64,000 nt of DNA, from contig CAWAWS010000018.1 in the NCBI GenBank assembly GCA_963785725.1, positions 64,001 through 128,000 on the forward strand, in the 5' to 3' direction. This document shows positions 46,906 through 56,179 of this stretch, one piece after another (the stretch's first letter is position 1; each line of letters opens with the position of its first letter). Position numbers and translations under genes: made by a program. The notes beneath the pieces are model-generated. The model saw only the letters and a list, made by a program, of their open reading frames with translations. It made no database searches and was not told the origin of the DNA. This DNA comes from an uncultured delta proteobacterium (lineage in GTDB: Bacteria; Myxococcota_A; Polyangia; Palsa-1104).

Positions 46906-48078
46906 ATGGAAGACGACGTCGTGGCCCGCGCGCAACAACTGGCGCCCAAGCTGGCCGAGCGTGCCCGAGCGGCCAACGAGCTGCGCCGGGTGCCGGACGA
47001 AACCATCGCCGACTTGAAAGCGGCCGGGCTCTTCCGCCTGCTGCAGCCGTCGCGCTGGGGCGGCGCCGAAGCCGATCCGGGCGTGTTCTTCGAGGCGCAA
47101 ATGGCGCTGGCGACGGCCTGTCCGTCGACGGCGTGGGTGTACGGCGTCGTGGCCGTGCACAACTGGCAGCTCGCGCTCTTCCCGCTCGAGGCGCAGCAAG
47201 AAGTGTGGGAAGCCGACCCGACGGCGCTGATCTCGTCGTCCTACGCGCCGACGGGCAAGATCGAGCGCGTCGACGGCGGCTATCGCGTCACCGGCCGTTG
47301 GTCCTTCTCGAGCGGCTGCGATCATTGTCAGTGGGTCTTCTTGGGCGGCCTCGTTCCGCCCGATCCCGCCAAAGAGGGCGCGCCGCCGGAGATGCGCACG
47401 TTCCTCTTGCCGCGCCGCGACTACCGCATCGACGACACCTGGCACGTCTCCGGCCTGCGCGCCACCGGCTCCAAGGACATCGTCGTCGACGGCGTCATCG
47501 TCCCCGAGCATCGCACGCACCGCATGATCGACGGCTATCGCCGCTCGAGCCCCGGCAACGAGGTCAACCCGGCGCCGCTCTACCGCTTGCCGTTCGGCCA
47601 GATCTTCGTCCGCTCGGTCTCGACGTCGGCGATCGGCGCGGCCATCGGCGCGCTCGACGTCTACACCGGCATCGCCGCCAAGCGCGTCGCCGCCGGCGAC
47701 GGCGCGAAGGTCGCCGAGGATCCGTCGTCGCAGATGGTGGCGGCGCAAGCGGCGGCGCTCATCGACGAAGCGCGCGTCATCCTGCATCGCAACTTCGACG
47801 AGATGATGACGCGCGTGCGCGCCGGCCAAGATCTGCCGCTCGATCGCCGCCTGCGCTTCCGCTACGACTCGTCGCAGGCGGTCGTGAAGTCGGTGGCCGC
47901 CGTCGACCTCCTGTTCACGGCGTCGGGCGGTCGCGCCATCTTCCTCGACAGCCCGATGCAGCGCTATTTCCAGGACGTTCATGCGGCGCGCGCGCACTAC
48001 GCCAACAACCCGGACAAGCCGGGCCGCAACTGGGGCGGCGTGCAGCTCGGGCTGAAAAATACCGACTACTTCGTCTGA
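46906..48078 (+). CDS. hsaA: Flavin-dependent 3-HSA monooxygenase, oxygenase subunit
   Basis: RBS AAGGAGG; ACPSTAW..GVVAVHNWQLALF, SSSYAP, WSFSSGCDH, W.VSGLRATGS and QRYFQDVHAARAH. Confidence 0.92.
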   Translation: MEDDVVARAQQLAPKLAERARAANELRRVPDETIADLKAAGLFRLLQPSRWGGAEADPGVFFEAQMALATACPSTAWVYGVVAVHNWQLALFPLEAQQEVWEADPTALISSSYAPTGKIERVDGGYRVTGRWSFSSGCDHCQWVFLGGLVPPDPAKEGAPPEMRTFLLPRRDYRIDDTWHVSGLRATGSKDIVVDGVIVPEHRTHRMIDGYRRSSPGNEVNPAPLYRLPFGQIFVRSVSTSAIGAAIGALDVYTGIAAKRVAAGDGAKVAEDPSSQMVAAQAAALIDEARVILHRNFDEMMTRVRAGQDLPLDRRLRFRYDSSQAVVKSVAAVDLLFTASGGRAIFLDSPMQRYFQDVHAARAHYANNPDKPGRNWGGVQLGLKNTDYFV

Positions 48079-48085
48079 GGCGCGC

Positions 48086-48970
48086 ATGCAGCTCGGTTAC
48101 ATCGGCTTCGAAGTCTCCGATTTGGGCGCGTGGGAGCGCTTTTGCGTCGACGTCCTCGGCCTGGCGCTCGCCGACCGCGCCGACGACGGCGCCCTGGCGT
48201 TCCGCTTGGACCAGCATCGCCAGCGCATCGTCGTCGAGCCCGGCCAGGCCGACGACGTCCGCTTCATCGGCTGGGAAGTCACGAGCGACGGCGAGCTGAC
48301 CGAGCTGACCCTCAAGCTGCGCGCGGCCGGCCTCGACGTCACCGACGGCACGCCGCCCGAAGCCGCGCGCCGCCGCGTGCGGCGCCTCGTCAAGCTGCGC
48401 GATCCGACCGGCATCCCGACGGAGATCTTCGTCGGCGCCGAGCGCGTCGCCGCGCCCTTCGTCTCGCCGGTCGTGCGCTCGGGCTTCGTCGCCGACGAGC
48501 GCGGCCTCGGCCACATCGTCGTCGCCGCGCGCGATCAGGCGGCGAGCCAGCATTTCTACTGCGAGCTGCTCGGCCTGAAGTTGAGCGATCGCATCACCGC
48601 CGACGTGCACGGCTACAAAGCGGACGTCGTGTTCTTGCACGCCAATCAGCGCCATCATTCGCTGGCGATCGGGCAAGAGGATCGCAAGCGCATCCATCAC
48701 TTCATGCTCGAAGCGCGCACGATGGACGAAGTCGGTCTGGCGATGGATCGCACGCTGCGCGCCGGCCTCAAGCTGATGCACACGCTCGGTCGTCACCCCA
48801 ACGATCGCATGTTCAGCTTTTACGCGCGGACGCCGTCCGGCTTCAACTTCGAGTTCGGCTGGGGCGGTCGCGACGTCGACGACGCCACTTGGCAGCCGAC
48901 CACCTACGATCACATCAGCGAATGGGGCCATCATCCGCCGCAGTTTCTGACGCCGAGGAAGCCACAATGA
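48086..48970 (+). CDS. hsaC: Extradiol (DHSA) ring-cleavage dioxygenase
   Basis: QLGYIGF, GLGHIV, RHHSLA, IHHFMLE and TLGRHPNDRMFSFYARTPSGFNFEFG. Confidence 0.9.
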   Translation: MQLGYIGFEVSDLGAWERFCVDVLGLALADRADDGALAFRLDQHRQRIVVEPGQADDVRFIGWEVTSDGELTELTLKLRAAGLDVTDGTPPEAARRRVRRLVKLRDPTGIPTEIFVGAERVAAPFVSPVVRSGFVADERGLGHIVVAARDQAASQHFYCELLGLKLSDRITADVHGYKADVVFLHANQRHHSLAIGQEDRKRIHHFMLEARTMDEVGLAMDRTLRAGLKLMHTLGRHPNDRMFSFYARTPSGFNFEFGWGGRDVDDATWQPTTYDHISEWGHHPPQFLTPRKPQ

Positions 48971-49809
48971 CCAAAGCGGTTCCCGAAGGGCAATATGTCG
49001 ACATCGGCGATGGGCTGAAGATCCATTATCACGCCGAAGGCAGCGGTCCGCCCGTCGTCTTCCTGCACGGCAGCGGCCCCGGCGCCAGCGGCTGGTCCAA
49101 CTTTCGCCGCAACTATCCCGCGTTCGCGGCCGCCGGAATGCGCGCCATCGTCCCCGACACGCTCGGCTACGGCTACTCGTCGAAGCCCGAGAACATCGAG
49201 TACACGCTCGACTTCCTGGTCGCGGCGTTGCGGCGCGGGCTCGACGCGCTCGGCATCGAACGCTGCGCCGTCATCGGCAACTCGCACGGCGGCGCCATGG
49301 CCATCAAGCTGGCGCTCGACGACCCGAAGCGCGTGTCGCGCCTGGTGTTGATGGCGCCCGGCGGCTTGGAAGAGCGCGAGACCTACATGAAAATGGCGGG
49401 AATTCGCGCCATGATGAAGGCGTTCTTGGCCGAGGGCGGCATGACGCGCGAGAAGCTGCGCGGCGTCTTCGAGCTGCAGCTCTACGACAAAGGGCTCATC
49501 ACCGACGAGATCTTGGGCGAGCGGCTGGAGATCGCCGAGACGCAGCCGAAGAAGGTGCTGACGTCGATGCAGGTGCCGCATCTGGCGCCGCTCTTGTCGC
49601 AGCTCGATTGCCCGATCTTCGCGCTCTGGGGCATGGACGATCAGTTCTGCCCGTCGTCGGGCGCGCTGCGGATCGCGCAGTCGTGCAAGAACGCGCGCGT
49701 CATGCTGCTGACCGAATGCGGCCACTGGGTGATGGTGGAAAAGGCGGCGCTGTTCAATCGGCTGTGCCTCGACTTCGTGCAGGAAGCGCGCTCGCAGGAC
49801 CTACAATGA
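48967..49809 (+). CDS. hsaD: Meta-cleavage product (4,9-DSHA) hydrolase
   Basis: LHGSGPGASGWSNF, GNSHGG and CGHWVM; ATGA-coupled to hsaC. Confidence 0.88.
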   Translation: MTKAVPEGQYVDIGDGLKIHYHAEGSGPPVVFLHGSGPGASGWSNFRRNYPAFAAAGMRAIVPDTLGYGYSSKPENIEYTLDFLVAALRRGLDALGIERCAVIGNSHGGAMAIKLALDDPKRVSRLVLMAPGGLEERETYMKMAGIRAMMKAFLAEGGMTREKLRGVFELQLYDKGLITDEILGERLEIAETQPKKVLTSMQVPHLAPLLSQLDCPIFALWGMDDQFCPSSGALRIAQSCKNARVMLLTECGHWVMVEKAALFNRLCLDFVQEARSQDLQ

Positions 49810-50588
49810 ACGCGGCCGCCACCGACGCGCTCGGCGACGAGCTGTACACGGCGTTGCGCGCGCGCTCGACGCTGTCGCCGCTCACCGCGCGTCATCCGGG
49901 CATCACGATCGACGACAGCTATCGCATCTCGCGGCGCCTGGTCGACCGCCGCGTCGCCGACGGTGAGCGCGTCGTCGGCAAGAAGATCGGCGTGACCTCG
50001 AAGGTCGTGCAGCGCGCGCTCGACGTGCATCAGCCCGACTTCGGCTGGCTGACCGACCGCATGCAATATCGCTCGGGCGACGCCTTGCCGATCTCACGCG
50101 AGCTCATTCAGCCGCGCGCCGAGGGCGAGATCGCGTTCCTCCTGAAGCGCGATCTCGTCGGGTCGGGCATCACGCCGTCGGACGTCGTCGCCGCCACCGA
50201 GTGCGTCATGGCCTGCTTCGAGATCGTCGACTCGCGCATCACCGACTGGAAGATCCGCATCCAGGACACCATCGCCGACAATGCGTCGTCGGGGCTGTAC
50301 GCGCTCGGCGCCGAGGTCTCGCCGAGCGGGCTCGACTTCGTCACCTGCGGCATGGTCGTCGAGAAGAACGGCGAGATCATCTCCACCGGCGCGGGCGCGG
50401 CGGCGCTCGGCTCGCCGCTCATCTGCGTCGCCTGGCTCGCCGACACCATGAGCCGCTTCGATCAGCCGTTGCGCGCGGGCGAAATCATCTTGTCCGGCTC
50501 GTTGGTGCCGCTCGAGCCGGTGCTTCCCGGCGATCGCATGCGCGTGCGCATCGGCGGCATCGGCAGCTGCGAGGTCAGCTTCACATGA
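49806..50588 (+). CDS. hsaE: 2-hydroxyhexa-2,4-dienoate / 2-oxopent-4-enoate hydratase
   Basis: [29 protein letters not shown] and DTIADNAS. Confidence 0.9.
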   Translation: MNAAATDALGDELYTALRARSTLSPLTARHPGITIDDSYRISRRLVDRRVADGERVVGKKIGVTSKVVQRALDVHQPDFGWLTDRMQYRSGDALPISRELIQPRAEGEIAFLLKRDLVGSGITPSDVVAATECVMACFEIVDSRITDWKIRIQDTIADNASSGLYALGAEVSPSGLDFVTCGMVVEKNGEIISTGAGAAALGSPLICVAWLADTMSRFDQPLRAGEIILSGSLVPLEPVLPGDRMRVRIGGIGSCEVSFT

Positions 50589-51460
50589 AGATCAAAGCGG
50601 CCATCATCGGCTCGGGAAACATCGGGACCGATCTCTTGTACAAGGCGCTGCGCTCGTCGACGATCGAGCCGGTGTGGATGGTCGGCGTCGACGCGGCGTC
50701 CGATGGTCTGGCGCGCGCGGCCAAGCTCGGGCTGCACACGACGCACGAAGGCGTCGACGGCCTCGTCGGCGCGGTCGAGCGCGACCAAGTGCGGATCGCC
50801 TTCGACGCGACGTCGGCGCATGCGCACCACGACAACGCGGCCAAGCTGGGCGCCAAAGGCGTGGTCATGATCGATCTGACGCCGGCGGCCATCGGCCCCT
50901 ATTGCGTGCCGCCGGTGAACTTGCAGGATCACCTCGGCACGCGCGAGCGCAACGTCAACATGGTCAGCTGCGGCGGCCAGGCGACGATTCCCATGGTCGC
51001 CGCCGTCAGTCGCGTGCAGCCCGTCGAGTACGCCGAGATCGTAGCGACCGTGGCCTCCAAGTCGATCGGTCCCGGCACGCGCCAGAACATCGACGAGTTC
51101 ACGCGCACGACGGCGCACGCGGTCGAGAAGATTGGCGGCGCCAAGCGCGGCAAGGCGATCATCGTCATCAACCCCGCCGAGCCGCCGATCATCATGCGCG
51201 ACACGATCCACTGCTTGACCGTCGGCGAGCCCGATCGCGACGCCATCGTCGCCTCGGTGCGCAAGATGGTCGCCAGCGTGCAGGAATACGTGCCCGGCTA
51301 CACGCTGAAGAACGGCCCCGTGTTCGACGGCCGCCGCGTCACGGTGTTCATGGAAGTGGCCGGTCGCGGCGACTACCTGCCGAAATACGCCGGCAACCTC
51401 GACATCATGACCTCGGCCGCCCTGCGCACCGCCGAGCTCTTCGCGGAGCGAATGCTATGA
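50585..51460 (+). CDS. hsaG: Acylating acetaldehyde/propanal dehydrogenase
   Basis: [23 protein letters not shown] and YAGNLDIMT. Confidence 0.93.
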   Translation: MKIKAAIIGSGNIGTDLLYKALRSSTIEPVWMVGVDAASDGLARAAKLGLHTTHEGVDGLVGAVERDQVRIAFDATSAHAHHDNAAKLGAKGVVMIDLTPAAIGPYCVPPVNLQDHLGTRERNVNMVSCGGQATIPMVAAVSRVQPVEYAEIVATVASKSIGPGTRQNIDEFTRTTAHAVEKIGGAKRGKAIIVINPAEPPIIMRDTIHCLTVGEPDRDAIVASVRKMVASVQEYVPGYTLKNGPVFDGRRVTVFMEVAGRGDYLPKYAGNLDIMTSAALRTAELFAERML

Positions 51461-52527
51461 GTGAGCGAGCGGACGTCGGGCGAGCGGATCGACCTCCAGG
51501 TATGAACCTGCGCGGTCGCAACGTCATTTTGCACGACATGTGCTTGCGCGACGGCATGCACCCGAAGCAGCACCAGATCTCGCTCGAGCAGATGATCAGC
51601 GTCGCCGAAGGGCTCGACGACGCCGGCGTGCCGCTCGTCGAGATCACGCACGGCGACGGCCTCGGCGGCGCGTCCATCAACTACGGCTTTCCGGCGCACA
51701 GCGACGAGGAATACCTGCGCGCTGTCATCCCGCGCATGAAGCGCGCGCGCATCTCGGCGCTGCTCTTGCCCGGCATCGGCACCGTCGACGACCTGCGCAT
51801 GGCGGTCGATTGCGGCGTCGGCACCATGCGCGTCGCCACCCATTGCACCGAGGCCGACGTCGCCGAGCAGCACATCGGCCTGGCGCGCAAATTGGGCGTC
51901 GACGCCGTCGGCTTCTTGATGATGGCGCACATGATCGAGCCCGAGGCGCTGCTGGTGCAGGCCAAGAAGCTCGAGAGCTACGGCTCGCACTGCGTCTACG
52001 TCACCGACTCCGCCGGCTACATGCTGCCCGACGACGTCACGGCGCGCATCGGCCTGTTGCGCGCGGAGTTGCGGCCGGAGACGCAGGTCGGCTTTCACGG
52101 CCATCACAACCTCGGCATGGGCATCGCCAACTCGCTCGCCGCGTTCGCCGCCGGCGCGGCGCGCATCGACGGCTCGGCCGCCGGCCTCGGCGCCGGCGCC
52201 GGCAACACGCCGCTCGAAGTCTTCGCCGCGGTGTTGGACCGCATGGGCGTCAACCACGGCGTCGACCTGTACAAGCTCATGGACGTCGCTGAAGAGCGCG
52301 TCGTGCCGATGATGGATCGCCCGGTGCGCATCGACCGCGACGCCTTGATCCTCGGTTACGCCGGCGTCTACTCGTCGTTCCTGCTGTTCGCGCAGCGCGC
52401 CGGCGAGCGCTACGGCGTCTCGTCACGCGACCTGCTCGTCGAGCTCGGCCGTCGCAAGACCGTCGGCGGGCAGGAAGATCTGATCGAAGACCTGGCGCTC
52501 GAGCTGTCGCGGGCCAAGTCGTCGTGA
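51457..52527 (+). CDS. hsaF: 4-hydroxy-2-oxovalerate/hexanoate aldolase (alternative start 51502)
   Basis: [30 protein letters not shown] and [10 protein letters not shown]. Confidence 0.93.
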   Translation: MSERADVGRADRPPGMNLRGRNVILHDMCLRDGMHPKQHQISLEQMISVAEGLDDAGVPLVEITHGDGLGGASINYGFPAHSDEEYLRAVIPRMKRARISALLLPGIGTVDDLRMAVDCGVGTMRVATHCTEADVAEQHIGLARKLGVDAVGFLMMAHMIEPEALLVQAKKLESYGSHCVYVTDSAGYMLPDDVTARIGLLRAELRPETQVGFHGHHNLGMGIANSLAAFAAGAARIDGSAAGLGAGAGNTPLEVFAAVLDRMGVNHGVDLYKLMDVAEERVVPMMDRPVRIDRDALILGYAGVYSSFLLFAQRAGERYGVSSRDLLVELGRRKTVGGQEDLIEDLALELSRAKSS

Positions 52528-52579
52528 GCGCGCGTCGGCGAGCGCGCTCGAGCGCGAGCGCGAGCTGCGGAGCGCGGCC

Positions 52580-53722
52580 GTGAGCGATTTCCGACAGGAG
52601 ACGCGCGCGTGGCTCACGGCCAGCTGTCCGCCGTCGATGCGCACGCCTTTTGCCGGCGAGCAGGATTGGGTGTGGGGTGGTCGTCAGCCGAAGTTCCCGA
52701 GTGACGACGCGCGCCTCTGGCTTTCGCGCATGGCCGAGCGCGGCTGGACGGCGCCGACGTGGCCGCGCGCCTACGGCGGCGGCGGCTTGTCGCCCGACGA
52801 AGCGACCATCCTCGACGAGGAGCTGCGCGCGCTCGGCTGTCGCGAGGCGCTCAAGAGCTTCGGCCTGTGGATGCTCGGCCCCGTGCTGCTCGAGTTCGGC
52901 TCCGAGGAGCAGCGCCTCGAGCACCTGCCGCGGATCATTCGCGGCGAAATCCGCTGGTGCCAAGGCTATAGCGAGCCCGAAGCCGGCTCCGACCTCGCGT
53001 CGCTGCAGACGCGCGCCACCCGCGACGGCGATCACTTCATCGTCGACGGCGGCAAGATTTGGACTTCGCACGCCGACGTCGCCGACTGGATGTTCTGCCT
53101 CGTCCGCACCGACGCCGCCGCCGGCAAGCACGCCGGCATCAGCTTCCTCTTGATCGATATGACGACGCCGGGCGTGAGCGTGCAGCCGATCCGGCTCATC
53201 AGCGGCGCCTCGCCATTCTGTCAGACGTTCTTCGACAACGTGCGCGTGCCGGCGCGCAATCTCGTGGGCGCGCCGGGCACCGGCTGGACCATCGCCAAGA
53301 CGCTGCTCAAGCACGAGCGCTCGCTCATCGCCCATCGGCGCGGCGCGGCGACGACGGAAGAGGAGCCGCTGGAAGCGATGGCGCGCCGCTACGGCGTCGA
53401 CGGCGATCTGCGTTTGCGCGATCGCATCACGCAGGCGAACTTGGATTCGCTGGCCTATCGCGCGCTGGTCAAGCGGTCGAGCGACGCGTCGCTGCAGAAG
53501 CTGTGCGGCACCGAGCTGAACCAGCGGCGCAAGGAGCTGCGCGTGCAGCTGGCCGGCTTCAACGGGCTCGGCTGGGAAGGCGACGACTTCAGCGCCGGCG
53601 AGCTGCAGCAGACGCGCGAGTGGCTCCGTTCGCGCGCCAATACCATCGAAGGCGGCACGTCCGAGATTCAGCTCAACATCATTGCCCGCCGCGCGCTCGG
53701 CCTCGGCGACGGACGCGAATGA
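52580..53722 (+). CDS. Acyl-CoA dehydrogenase (catalytic subunit of a probable heteromer)
   Basis: WCQGYSEPEAGSDLASL, KIWTS and TIEGGTSEIQLNII. Confidence 0.92.
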   Translation: MSDFRQETRAWLTASCPPSMRTPFAGEQDWVWGGRQPKFPSDDARLWLSRMAERGWTAPTWPRAYGGGGLSPDEATILDEELRALGCREALKSFGLWMLGPVLLEFGSEEQRLEHLPRIIRGEIRWCQGYSEPEAGSDLASLQTRATRDGDHFIVDGGKIWTSHADVADWMFCLVRTDAAAGKHAGISFLLIDMTTPGVSVQPIRLISGASPFCQTFFDNVRVPARNLVGAPGTGWTIAKTLLKHERSLIAHRRGAATTEEEPLEAMARRYGVDGDLRLRDRITQANLDSLAYRALVKRSSDASLQKLCGTELNQRRKELRVQLAGFNGLGWEGDDFSAGELQQTREWLRSRANTIEGGTSEIQLNIIARRALGLGDGRE

Positions 53723-53808
53723 TGACGCAATTCAACCTGTTGTCGATCGTGATCGCAATGATGATGGGCGACATGATTGGACGCGAGCCCATGACGGTGC
53801 AGCAATGA
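53719..53808 (+). CDS. Putative 29-aa Met-rich microprotein bridging two acyl-CoA dehydrogenase genes
   Basis: MMTQFNLLSIVIAMMMGDMIGREPMTVQQ*; ATGA overlaps with both the upstream stop and the downstream start. Confidence 0.4.
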   Translation: MMTQFNLLSIVIAMMMGDMIGREPMTVQQ

Positions 53809-55019
53809 TGACGAGCGACATCGTTGCTGCGCTGCAGGCGACGGTCAAGAAGTGGGCGCGCGAGCGGCTGCCGGTCGCCCATTTGCGCGCGCTGCGCGAC
53901 AGCCGCGACGCCGTCGGCTTCAGCCGCGACGCGTGGCTGCAGTGGGCCGAGCTCGGCTTGTGCGGCGTCACCATCGGCGAGGAGTTCGGCGGCAGCGCGC
54001 TCGGCTATGGCGCGCTCGGCCTGGCGGTGACCGAGCTCGGCCGCTCGCTGGCGCCGTTGCCGTGGCTGGCGGCGGTCCTCGGCGGTGGCGCCATCGCGCT
54101 CGGCGGCAGCGACGCGCAGCGCCGCGACCACTTGCCCGCGCTCGCCGCCGGCACGCGCTTGCCGACGCTGGCGCACGACGAAGGCACGCGCCATCGCCGC
54201 CATCGCGTCGCCTGTCGCGCCGCGCGCACGCCGGCCGGCTTCGTGCTCGACGGCGAAAAGACCATGGTCCTCGACGGTCACGTCGCCGACCTGTTCGTCG
54301 TGAGCGCGCGAACGTCGGGCGCGCCGAGCTCGCCCGCTTCGCTCGCGTCGGCGAGCTCGCCCGCTTCGCTCGCGTCGGCGAGCGCGCCCCAGTCGTTGGG
54401 CGCGCTCGAGCAGCGCGACGGCATCACCCTCTTTCTCGTCGACGCGCGCGCCGCCGGCGTCAGCGTCACACGTAGCCACGTCGTCGACAGCCGCAACGCC
54501 GCGCGCCTGCGGCTCAGCCACGTCACCGTCGGTGAAGCCGACGTCGTCGGCGGCCTCGATCACGGCGCGGACGTCCTCGATCCGCTGCTCGATCGCGCCA
54601 CCATCGTTCTGGCGGCCGAGATGTTGGGGAGCCTCGAAGAGGCGTTCGCGCGCACGCTGGCGCACCTCAAGTCGCGCCGCCAATTCGGCGTGCTCTTGGG
54701 CTCGTTTCAGGCGCTGCAGCATCGCGCCGCGCGCGCCTGGTGCGAGATCGAGCTGACCCGCGCGCTCGTCGCCGAGGCGCTGGAAGCGGCCGACGGCGAC
54801 GACGCAGCGCTGACGGCGCGCCTCGCCTGCGCGGCCAAGGCGCGCGCGTCCGACGCCTTCATCGCCGTCGCCTCCGAAGCCGTGCAGCTGCACGGCGGTA
54901 TCGGCGTCACCGACGAGCTCGACATCGGCCTCTTTTACAAGCGCGCGCACGTGGCCGCACAGCTCTTGGGCGACGCCGCCTATCAGCGCGACCGCTTCGC
55001 CACGCTCTCGGGTTATTGA
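53805..55019 (+). CDS. Acyl-CoA dehydrogenase (partner subunit)
   Basis: RRQFG..LGSFQALQHR and QLHGGIGVTDE; has an internal 27-bp duplication. Confidence 0.9.
   Translation: MMTSDIVAALQATVKKWARERLPVAHLRALRDSRDAVGFSRDAWLQWAELGLCGVTIGEEFGGSALGYGALGLAVTELGRSLAPLPWLAAVLGGGAIALGGSDAQRRDHLPALAAGTRLPTLAHDEGTRHRRHRVACRAARTPAGFVLDGEKTMVLDGHVADLFVVSARTSGAPSSPASLASASSPASLASASAPQSLGALEQRDGITLFLVDARAAGVSVTRSHVVDSRNAARLRLSHVTVGEADVVGGLDHGADVLDPLLDRATIVLAAEMLGSLEEAFARTLAHLKSRRQFGVLLGSFQALQHRAARAWCEIELTRALVAEALEAADGDDAALTARLACAAKARASDAFIAVASEAVQLHGGIGVTDELDIGLFYKRAHVAAQLLGDAAYQRDRFATLSGY
54325..54383 (+). repeat. In-frame 27-bp tandem duplication (SSPASLASA x2)
   Basis: cgagctcgcccgcttcgctcgcgtcgg repeated twice. 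Confidence 0.9.
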
Positions 55020-55020
55020 C

Positions 55021-56139
55021 ATGAACTTTGCGCTGACCGAAGAGCAAGAGGCGCTGCGTCGGCAAGCGCGCCAGCTGATGAAGCTGTCGGCGACGTCGGC
55101 GGCGACGCGGCAGGCGATCGCGAACCAGGCGTTCGATGCGACGCTGTGGGCGCGCATGGTCGAGCTCGGCTGGACGGCGCTGCTCGTGCCCGAAGAGTTG
55201 GGCGGCCTCGGCCTCGGCTTCATCGAGCTGGCGGCGGTGATGGAGGAGACCGGCGGCGCGCTCGCCTGTGCGCCGCTGTTCTCGACCGTCTGCTTGGCGA
55301 CGAACGTGCTGCTGCTCGCCGACGGCGCCGCGCCGCAGCGCCGGCTGTTGACCGAGATCGCCGAGGGCCGCCTGCGCGCGACCGTCGGCTTCGCCCCGCC
55401 CAACGAAGGCGACGGCCTGCGCGCCGTGCGCGACGGCGGCGACGTGCGGCTCACGGGCGAGTTGGCGTTCGTCGTCGACGGCGACAGCGCCGAGCTGCTG
55501 CTCGTGCGCGCCAGCGAGGCCGACGGCGCCGTAGGCGTCTACGCGCTGAGCGCCCCGGCGTCGGACCCCGTTGCCGGCCTCGTGCGCCGCGCGCGTCCGA
55601 CGCTCGACGGCACGCGCCGCCTGGCCGACCTGCGTTGCGACGACCTGCGCTTGCCCGCCGCCGCGCGCCTGCCCGGCGACGGCGCCGCGCTCCTCGACGG
55701 CGCGCTGGCCCGCGCCCGCATCGCGCTCGCCGCCGAGTCGTTGGGCGGCGCCGAGCGCTGCCTCGCCATGTCCGTCGAGTACGCCAAGACGCGCGTGCAA
55801 TTCAGCCGCGCCATCGGCAGCTTCCAGGCCGTCAAACACCGCTGCGCCGACCTCTTGATGCTCATCGAGACCGCGCGCTCGGCCGTCACCTGGGCCGCCT
55901 ATTGCGCCGCCACCGACGATCCCGAGCTCGCGGTCGCGGCGTCCGTCGCGCACAGCTACGTCGGCGAGGCCTATTTGCGCGCCACCGGCGACACCATCCA
56001 GATCCACGGCGGCATGGGCTTTACGTGGGAGCACGACGCGCATTTGTACTTCCGGCGCGCGCGCGGCTCGGCCGAGCTGCTCGGCGACGCCCGCGGCGAG
56101 CGCGAAAAGCTGGCGCAAAAGATCGGCCTCTCGTCATGA
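55021..56139 (+). CDS. Acyl-CoA dehydrogenase (partner-subunit type)
   Basis: MNFALTEEQ, RVQFSRAIGSFQAVKHRCAD and QIHGGMGFTWEHDAHLYFRRA. Confidence 0.92.
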   Translation: MNFALTEEQEALRRQARQLMKLSATSAATRQAIANQAFDATLWARMVELGWTALLVPEELGGLGLGFIELAAVMEETGGALACAPLFSTVCLATNVLLLADGAAPQRRLLTEIAEGRLRATVGFAPPNEGDGLRAVRDGGDVRLTGELAFVVDGDSAELLLVRASEADGAVGVYALSAPASDPVAGLVRRARPTLDGTRRLADLRCDDLRLPAAARLPGDGAALLDGALARARIALAAESLGGAERCLAMSVEYAKTRVQFSRAIGSFQAVKHRCADLLMLIETARSAVTWAAYCAATDDPELAVAASVAHSYVGEAYLRATGDTIQIHGGMGFTWEHDAHLYFRRARGSAELLGDARGEREKLAQKIGLSS

Positions 56140-56144
56140 GCGCC

Positions 56145-56179
56145 CCGATATGACAGCCGATATGACAGCCGATATGACG
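56145..56179 (+). repeat. 12-bp tandem repeat at the fadD3 start (CCGATATGACAG x~3)
   Basis: Produces MTADMTADMT and multiple in-frame ATGs. Confidence 0.85.

Noticed and set aside
46906..52527. Biphenyl/phenol (bph/dmp) meta-cleavage pathway
   Set aside because: The presence of hsaA, kshA, kstD, fadD3, ipdC and shared KstR-type boxes points to steroids, and no aromatic ring-hydroxylating dioxygenase is present.
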